Source: a virus (taxonomy: Duplodnaviria > Caudoviricetes). From it: a stretch of 55,836 bases of DNA. Each line of letters starts with the position of its first letter. Positions within the stretch are counted from its first letter, which is position 1. The notes under the pieces were generated by a model. The model ran no database searches. It saw only the letters and a program-made list of their open reading frames with translations, and had not been told where the DNA came from. Location of the stretch: the IMG/VR virus record IMGVR_UViG_3300014962_000009, positions 1 to 55,836 of that record. The stretch is one strand, 5' to 3'. The translations under genes were made by a program, and so were the position numbers. Below, in pieces: positions 10,280 to 20,255 of this stretch.

Positions 10280-11659
10280 TTAGAATTTATTGAAAAACGG
10301 CGACAAACAATAGCCTATATTGCGTTGTGTGTTGGTGGAGATTTTTTGGCCTTTGTCCGCAGAATAAGGAACAAAATACAAATCTCCATTTGGTGTTAAT
10401 ACGCCGCTTGAATAAGCAGTTGCTGCAGTGTAAATAAGAGAATACGTTGAAACTACGCCTGAAGAAGAAATTTTTTGTCCTACAGCGGCAGAATGAGGAA
10501 TGAAATGCATGTCCCCGTTGGGCGCTAATACACCTCCTTGGTATGCGCTTGTTGTTGTGTAAACTAATGAGTAAGTAGAAACAACACCTGCCGCAGATAT
10601 CTTTTGCCCCACAACGGCATTCCTTCCCGCAATGAAATGTATGTCTCCGTTCGGAGCCAGCACACCACCAACATAAGCAAGCGTCGTTGTGTAAGCAAGA
10701 GAATAAGTTGAAACAACACCGGCAGACGAAATTTTTTGTCCTACAGCGGCAGAATAAGGAACAAAATGCACATCCCCATTGGGGGCCAATACACCACCTA
10801 AATATGCAGAATTCGCGGTATAAACAAGAGAATAGGTAGATACAACACCAGAAGATGAAATTTTTTGGCCTACAACGCCAAGGTGAGGAACAAAATGCGT
10901 GTCGCCGTTAGAAGCTAATACACCTCCCCAGTACGCATTTGATGCCGTGTAAACGAGAGAATAAGTTGAAACTACGCCAGACGACGAAATTTTTTGGCCT
11001 CTGTTGGCATTGAAAGGGACAAAGTTTATGTCACCATTGGGCGCTAGTACGCCGCCTCTGTGCGCACCGGACGCCGTATAAACGAGGGAATAAGTCGAAA
11101 CAACACCTGTTGCTGATATTTTTTGGCCTTTGTCAGCAACATAAGGAACAAAATGAATGTCGCCATTTGGGGCTAATACACCGCCTGAATATGCAGCACC
11201 CACCGTGTAAACCAAACTGTACGTGCTCACCATCCCACTAATATTGCTGTTGGCATAGGGCACCCCATTTACCACACCTCTGTCCAGCTCTTTCTTCAGG
11301 TTAGTCCAAGCATAAAGATCCGTGCCCACGCTGCTGTTGTCGGCGGTCGGCACCGTGCCTTCCGTGGCGTCTGCCGGGTAAGTACAAAAAACATCCTTGG
11401 TACCCGCCGACCAATTCACTAATGCGTTGCTGTTGGAAGATTCAAGCACCGTGTCGCGTGAAAGGGTGGTGCCAGAAGCTGTATACGTGCCAATGCCCAC
11501 TTCCCAATCGGTACCGTTGGTGATGCAGTAATAAGTCTGGTTGGCATTGCCGATGACGGAAAAAGATTGAAATCCTGCGACCGCCGCGCCCAGCGTAAAC
11601 GTGCCTGTGCCTGTCGTGGTGCTGGTAACTTTTACTCTGTCTTTGACAACGTAAGGCAT
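10280..11659 (-). CDS. Fibre/receptor-binding protein 3 with seven 43-aa beta-propeller repeats
   Basis: N-terminal fibre domain DRVKVTSTTTGTG...WEVGIGTY plus 7x VVSTYSLVYT..AY.GGVLAPNGDIHFVP...GQKIS. Confidence 0.75.
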   Translation of the reverse strand: MPYVVKDRVKVTSTTTGTGTFTLGAAVAGFQSFSVIGNANQTYYCITNGTDWEVGIGTYTASGTTLSRDTVLESSNSNALVNWSAGTKDVFCTYPADATEGTVPTADNSSVGTDLYAWTNLKKELDRGVVNGVPYANSNISGMVSTYSLVYTVGAAYSGGVLAPNGDIHFVPYVADKGQKISATGVVSTYSLVYTASGAHRGGVLAPNGDINFVPFNANRGQKISSSGVVSTYSLVYTASNAYWGGVLASNGDTHFVPHLGVVGQKISSSGVVSTYSLVYTANSAYLGGVLAPNGDVHFVPYSAAVGQKISSAGVVSTYSLAYTTTLAYVGGVLAPNGDIHFIAGRNAVVGQKISAAGVVSTYSLVYTTTSAYQGGVLAPNGDMHFIPHSAAVGQKISSSGVVSTYSLIYTAATAYSSGVLTPNGDLYFVPYSADKGQKISTNTQRNIGYCLSPFFNKF

Positions 11660-11669
11660 GTTTAAATCC

Positions 11670-13058
11670 TCAGTACTTGTTCAGATAGGAACTCAGGCAA
11701 GTGTCTATGCCGAAGGGTATTGCGGGGTTGGTGGAGATTTTTTGGCCTATAACAGCCCAATAAGGAATAAAATGAACTTCGCCATTTGGTGTTAATGCGC
11801 CGCCGCTGTATGCATTACCTGTTGTGTACAAAATAGAGTAAGTTGAAACAACACCCGTTGTTGAAATTTTTTGCCCTCTATTGGCCCCGAAAGGAATGAA
11901 GTGTATATCGCCGTTAGGCGCTAATACACCCCCTTGATATGCGCCTGCTGCGCTTGTGTAAACAAGGGAATACGTAGAAACCACGCCGGACGACGAGATT
12001 TTTTGGCCGCGATTGGCCAACGATGGAACAAAGTGCATGTCACCATTGGGCGACAATACACCACCAATGTATGCGCCTGCTGCGGTATAAATGAGAGAAT
12101 AAGTGGAGACAACGCCTGCCGCTGAAATCTTTTGCCCTCTATTCGCGATGTAAGGAACAAAATGCATGTCCCCATTGGATGCCAACACACCACCAAAATA
12201 TGCGCCCGATGCTGTATAAACAAGCGAATACGTTGAAACAACGCCCGCAGAGGATATTTTTTGGCCTACAGCAGCGCTGTAAGGAACAAAATGAATGTCC
12301 CCATTAGGCGTTAACACACCACCAGAATATGCGCCTGATGAGTTTGTGTAAACAAGGGAATACGTGGAAACAACTCCAGACGCTGATATTTTTTGGCCAC
12401 GATTGGCGCTGTTGGGTACAAAATGAATATCACCGTTTGGAGCTAATACACCACCAACGTATGCGCTTGCTGCAGTATAAATAAGAGAATAAGTGGAGAC
12501 AATACCTGAGGCTGATATCTTTTGCCCTACAGGGGCGCTGTCAGGGACAAAATGGATGTCTCCATTAGGCGCTAATACACCTCCATTGTATGCGCCTGTG
12601 GTTGTGTAAACAAGCGAATACGTACTAACAATCCCATTTGTGCCGTTATTGTTGAACGTCACGCCACCATTGATGCTGGCTTGCAAATTCTTCTGAAAAT
12701 TGTCAAACGCCACGCCATTTGTACCAATGCTGCTGTTGTCTGCGGTAGGCGCTGATCCCTGCACATTCTCAGCAGGCTGAGGCACGTAAACATCTTTTGT
12801 GCCTGCAGCGAAGTTCACCAACGCATTGCCGTTGGAAGATGCAAGCACCGTGTCTCTTGACAATGTTGTGCCGCTGGACGTGTAAGTGCCGATGCCTACT
12901 TCCCAAGCTGTACCGCCGACAATTGTGTAATAAGTCTGATTACCGTTGCCGATGCCGGAGAAGTCTTGATAACCCGCTATTGCTGCACCGAGCGTGAACG
13001 TACCCGTACCCGTCGATGTGCTGGTTACCCTTATGCGATCTTTGAGTACGAATGTCAT
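11670..13058 (-). CDS. Fibre/receptor-binding protein 2 with seven beta-propeller repeats
   Basis: Same architecture as 10280-11659. Confidence 0.75.
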   Translation of the reverse strand: MTFVLKDRIRVTSTSTGTGTFTLGAAIAGYQDFSGIGNGNQTYYTIVGGTAWEVGIGTYTSSGTTLSRDTVLASSNGNALVNFAAGTKDVYVPQPAENVQGSAPTADNSSIGTNGVAFDNFQKNLQASINGGVTFNNNGTNGIVSTYSLVYTTTGAYNGGVLAPNGDIHFVPDSAPVGQKISASGIVSTYSLIYTAASAYVGGVLAPNGDIHFVPNSANRGQKISASGVVSTYSLVYTNSSGAYSGGVLTPNGDIHFVPYSAAVGQKISSAGVVSTYSLVYTASGAYFGGVLASNGDMHFVPYIANRGQKISAAGVVSTYSLIYTAAGAYIGGVLSPNGDMHFVPSLANRGQKISSSGVVSTYSLVYTSAAGAYQGGVLAPNGDIHFIPFGANRGQKISTTGVVSTYSILYTTGNAYSGGALTPNGEVHFIPYWAVIGQKISTNPAIPFGIDTCLSSYLNKY

Positions 13059-13060
13059 AA

Positions 13061-14443
13061 TCAGAGCTTGTTCAAAAATGGGCTAAGGCACAAACCAATG
13101 CCTAAAGGTTGTCCGGGGTTGGTGGAGATTTTTTGGCCTACGGCAGCGCTATTCGGAACAAAATTAATGGTTCCATCGGGCGACAACACAGCCCCTTGAT
13201 ATGCGGATGACGCCGTGTAAACAAGGGAATACGTAGAGACAACGCCGGAGGCTGATATCTTTTGACCTCTGTTGGCGCTAAAAGGTATGAAATGCACGTC
13301 GCCATTAGGAGCTAATACGCCACCAACATACGCATCTGCAACTGTGTAAACGAGTGAATAAGTAGAAACCACTCCGGAGGATGATATTTTCTGGCCCACA
13401 ACGGCGTCCCTTGGAACAAAATGAATGTCTCCGTTGGGCGCTAGTACACCCGCTTGATATGCTTGCGCCAGTGTATAAACAAGAGAGTAGGTAGAAACTA
13501 CGCCTGCCGCTGATATTTTCTGGCCTACGGCGGCATTGGTGGGAATAAAATGTATGTCTCCGTTAGAAGCCAAAACACCACCAGAATAAGCAAGCGTTGT
13601 TGTGTAAGCAAGAGAATAGGTTGAAACAACACCGGCAGACGAAACTTTCTGCCCTCGATTGGCGCTTCTTGGGGCAAAATGGATGTCACCGTTTGGAGCT
13701 AATACACCACCGTTGTATGCATTCACTGCGGTGTAAACAAGAGAATAGGTGGAAACAACTCCAGAGGCCGACAGCTTTTGTCCTACAGGAGCATTAAAAG
13801 GCACAAAGTGAATTTCTCCATTAGGTGCTAATACGCCTCCAGCGTATGCAGACGCGGCTGTATAAACAAGGGAATAAGTTGAAACTACGCCAGACGACGA
13901 AATTTTTTGTCCTCTAGCGGCAGCAACTGGAACGAAGTGAATGTCTCCGTTGGAAGCCAGCACACCACCAGAATATGCGCTTGCAACTGTATAAACAAGG
14001 GAGTACGTACTTACCACCCCGTTGGTATTATTGTTCCCGAACGTCTGCCCACCCGCCACACCCGCATTCAGCGCAGTAGAAAGTGCCTGCCAACCTGAGA
14101 GATCAGTGCCTACCGAGTTGTTGTCCCCACTAGGCACACCACCCGGCGACGCAGCGGACGGATATGCGCACAGCACATCTTTCGTGCCTGCTGAAAAGTT
14201 TACTAACGCGCCGTTGTTGGAAGAGCCGAACACCAACTGACGAGAAAGCGTTGTGCCAGAAGCCGTGTAAGTTCCCTTACCTACTTCCCACTCTGTCGTG
14301 CCTTTGATGACGTAGTAAGTTTCGTTGCCATCCCCAATCACAGAGAACGCCTGATAGCCGGTCGCAGCAGCGCCTAGCGTGATCGTCCCCGTGCCTGTCG
14401 TGGTCGTCGTGGACTTGACTCTGTTTTTAAGAATGAGTGCCAT
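13061..14443 (-). CDS. Fibre/receptor-binding protein 1 with seven beta-propeller repeats
   Basis: Same architecture as 10280-11659. Confidence 0.75.
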   Translation of the reverse strand: MALILKNRVKSTTTTTGTGTITLGAAATGYQAFSVIGDGNETYYVIKGTTEWEVGKGTYTASGTTLSRQLVFGSSNNGALVNFSAGTKDVLCAYPSAASPGGVPSGDNNSVGTDLSGWQALSTALNAGVAGGQTFGNNNTNGVVSTYSLVYTVASAYSGGVLASNGDIHFVPVAAARGQKISSSGVVSTYSLVYTAASAYAGGVLAPNGEIHFVPFNAPVGQKLSASGVVSTYSLVYTAVNAYNGGVLAPNGDIHFAPRSANRGQKVSSAGVVSTYSLAYTTTLAYSGGVLASNGDIHFIPTNAAVGQKISAAGVVSTYSLVYTLAQAYQAGVLAPNGDIHFVPRDAVVGQKISSSGVVSTYSLVYTVADAYVGGVLAPNGDVHFIPFSANRGQKISASGVVSTYSLVYTASSAYQGAVLSPDGTINFVPNSAAVGQKISTNPGQPLGIGLCLSPFLNKL

Positions 14444-14913
14444 TAGCTTACGTTTCCTGAAATGACGCAGACCGTGCCACTAATGAACAGGATGCTGGCA
14501 ATGCCTCGTGTGGCCAACGTTACTGTTGCCTTATCCGTATCCGTACCGGCAATGTAAGCCGTTGTAATCGTACAAGTAATTGTGATGCCTGCGGAGGTGT
14601 TGTTGAATACCAAAACAGCGTCGCCTGCGGAGAAGGTCGAATTAGGAATCTCCACAGATCCACCGGAGCCAACTTCAATCGTTTGACCAACATCAGTAGT
14701 TAGCAGTGTATAAGCACCTGTTTTGGCAGCGCCAGAAACAGGAATCCCCGGCGCGGCCAACATCTCCACCGTGCCAGAAGAATTCTCGCAATACAACTTC
14801 ATATCCGCAATATTTAACCCTAACTCGCCTGCCAATAAATTGGCTGCTGTTGGGGCGGCACCGGCCGTTGTGCTGTGATAAAGCTGGATTGGGGTGTAAT
14901 TAGTTTGTGCCAT
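14443..14913 (-). CDS. Fibre-associated adaptor protein
   Basis: P.AANL.AGELGLNIADMKLY N-terminal fibre motif plus a beta-rich C-terminal domain. Confidence 0.6.
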   Translation of the reverse strand: MAQTNYTPIQLYHSTTAGAAPTAANLLAGELGLNIADMKLYCENSSGTVEMLAAPGIPVSGAAKTGAYTLLTTDVGQTIEVGSGGSVEIPNSTFSAGDAVLVFNNTSAGITITCTITTAYIAGTDTDKATVTLATRGIASILFISGTVCVISGNVS

Positions 14914-14922
14914 CTCAATTCC

Positions 14923-17271
14923 TTAAAAAGTTCCGCCAGAAATGCCGCCCCATGTGGGCGCAGATGCCCCAGCGACTAATACCTGCCCCTGTGAGCCAAG
15001 CGTAAGATTCGACAATGTCCCCGCACCAGATGCATATAATAAATCGCCTACAGCATAAGAAGTCAAACCAGTGCCGCCGTACAAAGGCTGAATAGCGCCT
15101 GCATTCCAAGTTCCTGCTGTCAGTGTACCAACACCCGTAATGCCAGTATATGAGCCGCTGATGTAAGCAGATCCTACTGTCCCAGAGGTAATCTGGTTGC
15201 CGTTAATGGAGATCGGCGTAGTTGCGGCCAAAGTCAATTGCCCTTGGGCATTAACAGTAAACGTCCCAACCGCCGAGGAAGAACCGTAAGCTGCTGCCGT
15301 TACTCCGGTATTGGTAATACTGAATGTAGTGCCGGTAAGACTTAGGCCAGTGCCAGCAGAATAAACCTGCGCTGAAGAAATTTGAGCAAACGTAATTGCA
15401 GTCGTGCCAAAAGTAATCGTGCCGACCGTATTACAAAGATAAGTCTCGCCCGCGCCCGTATTGCCACTGGTAACAAAAAATGCATCGCCCTGACCAAGAG
15501 CATTGGGGCTAGTAATGCCGTAAGTATCTGTGTCGGTGGAACGAGTCAAAACCCATGCCGTTGAACCATCACCCACGGTTGTGACCGTGTACACGCCATT
15601 CTCAAAAGCATTTGTCTGGTTATAAATCAAAATCCTGTCACCAACCATTGCCGTCGGGCCATCTGGAGCAAAAGCCGCTAAGGTGCCGTTATTGGTCAGT
15701 GTCGCCCCTACACCTACACCGGGGCCGCCGGGTTGGTTGTAGATGGCGTTCAGGTTGCCAGTAGTATTAGGCACCTCGTATTTGACAGGGGCATGGTAAT
15801 TAATACCTGCCGCATATAAGGTATCTACATACTGTTTGGTTGCCAACTGCAAGGCAGTTGTGGGATCTTGCGTAACAGCAACAGAGGTCAATCCGCCCAA
15901 GGTCAGACTGGATGAACCTAAAGAAATTGCCGTTGTTCCAATCGTTACAGACGAGTTGTCTAACGCGGCATTCGGAATGGCAGTCAGCGTATTGGTCGAA
16001 CCAGAGATCGACTTGTTCGTAAAAGTCTGAACGCCAGCCAACGTTGCAACTGTTGAATCTATAGTGATGGTGACAGGAGAAGATCCGTTATAGCTAGTCC
16101 CAGTTAAACCAGTGCCGATTGTTAAGGTACTCAATGTTGGGGCAGGAAGAACTCCAGACGCACCCAATGCAATCGTAACGCCATTAACCGTTATTGAGCT
16201 ATTAGCAAGCTGAACGTTAGAGATCGTTCCAGACAAAGCACTTGTAGGGACGGTGGCAGAAGCAGTCATCGCCCCAGTGCCATTCCCAATCACATAACCT
16301 GTCAGGCTTGTTGCTCCCGTACCGCCATTAGAAACGTTTAATTTGCGGCTCGGTGTAATGGTCCAAGACGTAGTAACTGGGCCGCCAGATGTTGTTAAGC
16401 CGGTGGTTCCACCTGATACTTCAACAGAAGTGACAGACCCAGCGCCCGCAGCTACCCAATAAGTATTGGTACCGTCAGTTGCCAAAACCTTGCCGTTTTC
16501 GCCTGTTTGGGAAGGCAGAAGGTTAGTCAGCGCACCATCCGGTGTTGATGCACCCGTCCCGCCTCGGACAACAGGAAGTTGACCATTGACGATTTGAGAG
16601 GCATCAATAGCAATAGAGACTGATCCTGCAGCCGTCAAACGGCCATAATCATCTACTGCAAAGGTCGATACTGCTGATGCCGATCCATAGCTTCCAATCG
16701 TTACCCCAGTGCTTTGCAGGCTAATTGTCGGGTTTCCGACACCATTGCCATTTGCAACATTAATTTGCCCTGCGGTACCCAAAATGCTGATATTGCCCGC
16801 AGTTGTGCCGTTTTGCACCGCAACAATCCCAGTGCCGCCAATGTTGGCAAATGCAGCAGCAAGCCCACTTAACGATAGTGTCGGATTTCCGGCAATTCCA
16901 TCACCATCAGCAATCGATAAGCCAGCCCCAGTAACCGCAATAGAACGGGCTGTGACGGCATTTGAGGCTGTCTTGACTATCAACCCATTACTAGCCGCCT
17001 CAAGGCTCCCAGAAGCCCCATTTAGCGTAATTGTGAGAGGTGCCTGAGCGCCTCCATCAGTCAACCCCAAGCCTGTGCTGGTAGACAAATACCGGCTGTT
17101 TGGCAAAGACGATTCAAGATCTTTGGTCAGGAACGTCTGCTGCAGGTTTGGAGTGGTTGCAACTTGCCCGGTCGTGGTGCGAACCGTCAATCCATTCTGA
17201 ACAATTGGAACAAGTTCTGTGCCATCGAGCGGTTGCGCCGCTGGCAATTGGGTTATCTGTACGTTTGCCAT
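14923..17271 (-). CDS. Long Gly/Thr/Ser-rich tail fibre
   Basis: 782 aa with GGTG repeats, ATKQYVD and NGVYTVT...WVLTR.TD motifs. Confidence 0.75.
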   Translation of the reverse strand: MANVQITQLPAAQPLDGTELVPIVQNGLTVRTTTGQVATTPNLQQTFLTKDLESSLPNSRYLSTSTGLGLTDGGAQAPLTITLNGASGSLEAASNGLIVKTASNAVTARSIAVTGAGLSIADGDGIAGNPTLSLSGLAAAFANIGGTGIVAVQNGTTAGNISILGTAGQINVANGNGVGNPTISLQSTGVTIGSYGSASAVSTFAVDDYGRLTAAGSVSIAIDASQIVNGQLPVVRGGTGASTPDGALTNLLPSQTGENGKVLATDGTNTYWVAAGAGSVTSVEVSGGTTGLTTSGGPVTTSWTITPSRKLNVSNGGTGATSLTGYVIGNGTGAMTASATVPTSALSGTISNVQLANSSITVNGVTIALGASGVLPAPTLSTLTIGTGLTGTSYNGSSPVTITIDSTVATLAGVQTFTNKSISGSTNTLTAIPNAALDNSSVTIGTTAISLGSSSLTLGGLTSVAVTQDPTTALQLATKQYVDTLYAAGINYHAPVKYEVPNTTGNLNAIYNQPGGPGVGVGATLTNNGTLAAFAPDGPTAMVGDRILIYNQTNAFENGVYTVTTVGDGSTAWVLTRSTDTDTYGITSPNALGQGDAFFVTSGNTGAGETYLCNTVGTITFGTTAITFAQISSAQVYSAGTGLSLTGTTFSITNTGVTAAAYGSSSAVGTFTVNAQGQLTLAATTPISINGNQITSGTVGSAYISGSYTGITGVGTLTAGTWNAGAIQPLYGGTGLTSYAVGDLLYASGAGTLSNLTLGSQGQVLVAGASAPTWGGISGGTF

Positions 17272-17612
17272 TATGGACTCGTGCTCAAATTGTCAAGGTT
17301 TCCATCGTTTTCTGGCGTTGCAGTGTTTTGCTCAGGAGAAATGACAAACTCGTTTGGTGCGTTTGTCGTAATCCCTGAATTGCTATCGGCCACACTCTCG
17401 TCAGGACGCGGGAATCGAATTGTAATTCTCTCAGTCTTCCTCGCCGGAAGTCTATATGGATCAAACTGATCTTTACATCCCTGCTCACACACCATCAGAC
17501 CCGGAAAGTTCGGGTCTTTTGAGAGCTCAGCATGTGGGCGCTTCATCCTACAACGATCACAGACTGCAATCGCAATATCTGAATATCCACGAGTATCAAG
17601 GAAAATGGGCAT
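17271..17612 (-). CDS. Conserved Cys-rich (Zn-binding) virion protein
   Basis: AVCDRC...PGLMVC...C.D..DPY. Probable start is MPIFLD rather than the longer ORF-track start. Confidence 0.6.
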   Translation of the reverse strand: MPIFLDTRGYSDIAIAVCDRCRMKRPHAELSKDPNFPGLMVCEQGCKDQFDPYRLPARKTERITIRFPRPDESVADSNSGITTNAPNEFVISPEQNTATPENDGNLDNLSTSP

Positions 17613-17620
17613 ATTATCCC

Positions 17621-18679
17621 TTACCGTGTATAGCAAGAAATATTTGGCGCAAGGTAAATCGGCGACTTGTCGCGCTCTTCAGATTCAGCCAACTGCAGAT
17701 ATTTTTCGGCCTGAACCTCAAGATATTGCATACGTTGCAAATCAACTCCCGGCAACTCCATCGACATTTGGTGCGCCAGCATATTCTGCACAGCAAGATA
17801 CCAACGATCAGGTATTTCAAGCTGACCATTCAAGGATCCCACATCCATGACCTGCCGGGAATACCAAACCACCATTTGCACAAACGGTTCACTTGGAACG
17901 GGCCACAAGTTGATTTGTGGATTTGGAATCGTTCTGTTAAACCAAAATTGATATGGTTGATTCGCGGTAAAGTTCTTGTTTGGCAGAGAAGTGTAATCAT
18001 CCCGATTTAAACGAGCCATCGGGACTTCGCGGCTATTATTGCCAACATAGAATTCTCGTACCTCAAGCGTATTACCGCCGGTTTCACGCATTCTGTACCA
18101 CTGCTTACTTGCGCCGGGGTCAATTTGATACCAAAGCCATTGGTTATCGACCCAAGTTTCTACCCCTGTATCTTCAAGCAATGACCATGTTAAGCCGTCA
18201 TCGGATACTTCCAACAAGATGTGAAAATTTCCTGATACTCCCGGAAGAATACCAATAGAGCCAGAGTACACAGGGTTATCAGTGCCATAATTCACCGTAA
18301 TGTTGCCGTTAGGGGAAGTTTGAACGTCTTTAGTATTAACGTTGCCATCAAATGCATTTGAAGCAATGCCAGAAGAGGCAGAGTAACTGCCTACCGGACG
18401 GTTCATCGTGCGATAGTTCACGTTTAAAACGTCAATCGCACCCAACGGAAGGTTATAAATAAATTGGTCGGCTTTTAAGCCAATGACTTCTTGACCAATT
18501 GCCCAATAATTGATGCCAATATTAGATAAATTGGCCAGAAGGAAAAAAAGAGACTGTTTGGCAGCGTAAATCTGCTCAGAAGTCAGCTCTTCAGCCAACT
18601 TACCAGAGCGTCGAGCGCCATGATCAATCAGATCTTGGACTGAAACGACTGTTTGTCCTACGGTTCCAGAGTACGCCAT
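17621..18679 (-). CDS. Second adaptor-like virion protein with a discoidin/F5-8-like insertion
   Basis: Adaptor-type ends (L.N.GINYW; RDDY..LPNK...P.QFWF.R...LWPVP) flank a central SNAFDGN...WYRM domain. Confidence 0.6.
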   Translation of the reverse strand: MAYSGTVGQTVVSVQDLIDHGARRSGKLAEELTSEQIYAAKQSLFFLLANLSNIGINYWAIGQEVIGLKADQFIYNLPLGAIDVLNVNYRTMNRPVGSYSASSGIASNAFDGNVNTKDVQTSPNGNITVNYGTDNPVYSGSIGILPGVSGNFHILLEVSDDGLTWSLLEDTGVETWVDNQWLWYQIDPGASKQWYRMRETGGNTLEVREFYVGNNSREVPMARLNRDDYTSLPNKNFTANQPYQFWFNRTIPNPQINLWPVPSEPFVQMVVWYSRQVMDVGSLNGQLEIPDRWYLAVQNMLAHQMSMELPGVDLQRMQYLEVQAEKYLQLAESEERDKSPIYLAPNISCYTR

Positions 18680-18688
18680 GACAATCCT

Positions 18689-19000
18689 TTACCATGAAGA
18701 CGCTTTTTTTGACTTTTGATGAGTGGAGATTTTTGATTTACCCATTTTTATGCTGCCGCCAGACTTCTTGCGCATTGAGCGAAGCCTTTTCATAGCCTCT
18801 TCGTCTTCAGAACTAAAACCCTCAGGCATTGAAGAGCGTGCGCTTTCAGCCTCTGCCCTATTTGAAGCAGCCTGACCTTGAACATTCCGCTTTGACGCAG
18901 CAGCGCGGGCATCAAATTCTTCTTTTGATACCGGCACATTGTCTATCTCATAGACTTGTCCAGTTGCAGTTGGGTATGACCTAAAATTTGTATCTGGCAT
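18689..19000 (-). CDS. Hypothetical protein with KKSGG basic tail
   Basis: 103 aa ORF with RBS. Confidence 0.6.
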   Translation of the reverse strand: MPDTNFRSYPTATGQVYEIDNVPVSKEEFDARAAASKRNVQGQAASNRAEAESARSSMPEGFSSEDEEAMKRLRSMRKKSGGSIKMGKSKISTHQKSKKASSW

Positions 19001-19009
19001 TCTGTTCTC

Positions 19010-19414
19010 CTACCAACCCGGACAGTTCCAACGCTTCATTGATGCTCTAGAACGAGATCCGCGCTCACTTTTTTCTGCAACGGCTCCCATTCGGGCACAG
19101 AAAGAGTCTCGACGCTTCCCGCCTTGGGGTTGCGGAGCCTTCAAATCGCTCCCAGTCTCTCTGTTGTACTTTGCACGACCCTTCGCAGTCAGACCAGCCC
19201 CCTGATCTGCCGATAATTTCTCCCCCCGACCTACGGAAAGAGAAGGGCCACCATCTTTCTTTTTCTCTGGCAGCTTCCCGTAAGCCCTTTTTCCTACATT
19301 AGACTCTGTATATTCAGATGCCACATCCTCTGAAATACCGACCTTCTTGGCAATCTTTGGATTGTGTGCGGCCGCCTGCATCAATCTAAACTGGGCCTTC
19401 GATTTGGCTGGCAT
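19010..19414 (-). CDS. Basic conserved phage protein (DUF6321-like C-terminus)
   Basis: Likely start MPAKSKAQ at 19414; GAGLTAKGRAKYN...RRDSFCARM...RWNC. Confidence 0.6.
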   Translation of the reverse strand: MPAKSKAQFRLMQAAAHNPKIAKKVGISEDVASEYTESNVGKRAYGKLPEKKKDGGPSLSVGRGEKLSADQGAGLTAKGRAKYNRETGSDLKAPQPQGGKRRDSFCARMGAVAEKSERGSRSRASMKRWNCPGW

Positions 19415-19416
19415 GA

Positions 19417-20016
19417 TTACCCCACTTGATTGACGGTGACGATAACGGATGCAGTGGATGGGTGAGCAGGAGATACAGAAGCAGGATAAGCCGGAACAGT
19501 AATAGTTGCAATCGATGGCAACCAAACTATCTCAACATATTGGTTTGCAAGCAAAGTTAAAAAATAATTCCATCCGACAATAGACTTGTCAAAAATTTGC
19601 GCAGTTTTTCTGGCCGCCAAACTTATAAATCCAGCAGATCCGGGAACATCAACGCCATCAATCCGAAGCCAGACAGTTACATCTTGGATTGAATTTTCAA
19701 CGTTTTGGAATTGCCCAGACCATTGGAAGTTATAAACACCATCAACAGGAACGACGAGCTGTGAATTGTTAGCAAGAACAACCCCATCAGAAACGTCTGT
19801 TGTATTAAAAGTAAACACTGTGCCAGCCGTAATACTGCCAGTCTGCGTAGTAGTATCTTGCCAAGCGCCATGATTAAAGTATTTGGTTCGAGCAAAGTCG
19901 CCAAATAGATTAACCGTTGATTTTACGTTGGCACCACTCTGTACAAGAGGAATAAGCTCATTACCAGTAAGAGGGGTAACGGCATTTGGCATTGCCGAAA
20001 TCTTTTGATCAGCCAT
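19417..20016 (-). CDS. Head fibre/decoration protein with C1q/BclA-like jelly-roll
   Basis: MADQKISAMP...PLVQSGAN fibre N-terminus; GVYNFQWS.Q...WLRIDG.DV. Confidence 0.55.
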   Translation of the reverse strand: MADQKISAMPNAVTPLTGNELIPLVQSGANVKSTVNLFGDFARTKYFNHGAWQDTTTQTGSITAGTVFTFNTTDVSDGVVLANNSQLVVPVDGVYNFQWSGQFQNVENSIQDVTVWLRIDGVDVPGSAGFISLAARKTAQIFDKSIVGWNYFLTLLANQYVEIVWLPSIATITVPAYPASVSPAHPSTASVIVTVNQVG

Positions 20017-20255
20017 TACGAAGCCTCCAATACAATCTTGTCATCGTTCTCCTGAAGCACATACCCCGGAGAGGTTTCATCGGCAATGTAGAAAGTTGTC
20101 ACAGGAGTTGCTCCATACACATCAACAACACCATCATCGCCAACATCTAAGCCGTAGTCAGTTCCACCAATAACATTCTGAGCGCCAACGCCTAATGCAA
20201 AGCCGTCGCTAGTGTTTGATTGGTTGGCAACGCCGCCATAGCCGACCTTACCCAT
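20016..20255 (-). CDS. Small acidic virion protein
   Basis: 79 aa, C-terminal YVLQENDDKIVLE. Confidence 0.5.
   Translation of the reverse strand: MGKVGYGGVANQSNTSDGFALGVGAQNVIGGTDYGLDVGDDGVVDVYGATPVTTFYIADETSPGYVLQENDDKIVLEAS

Noticed and set aside
10280-14443. Diversity-generating retroelement acting on the propeller repeats
   Set aside because: No reverse transcriptase or non-coding template repeat in the window, and differences between repeats are not adenine-specific.
16335-16375. Odd TTSWTITPSRKLNV segment in the long fibre, where a Gly/Thr pattern is expected
   Set aside because: The frame stays open; it cannot be distinguished from local substitutions or sequencing error without reads.
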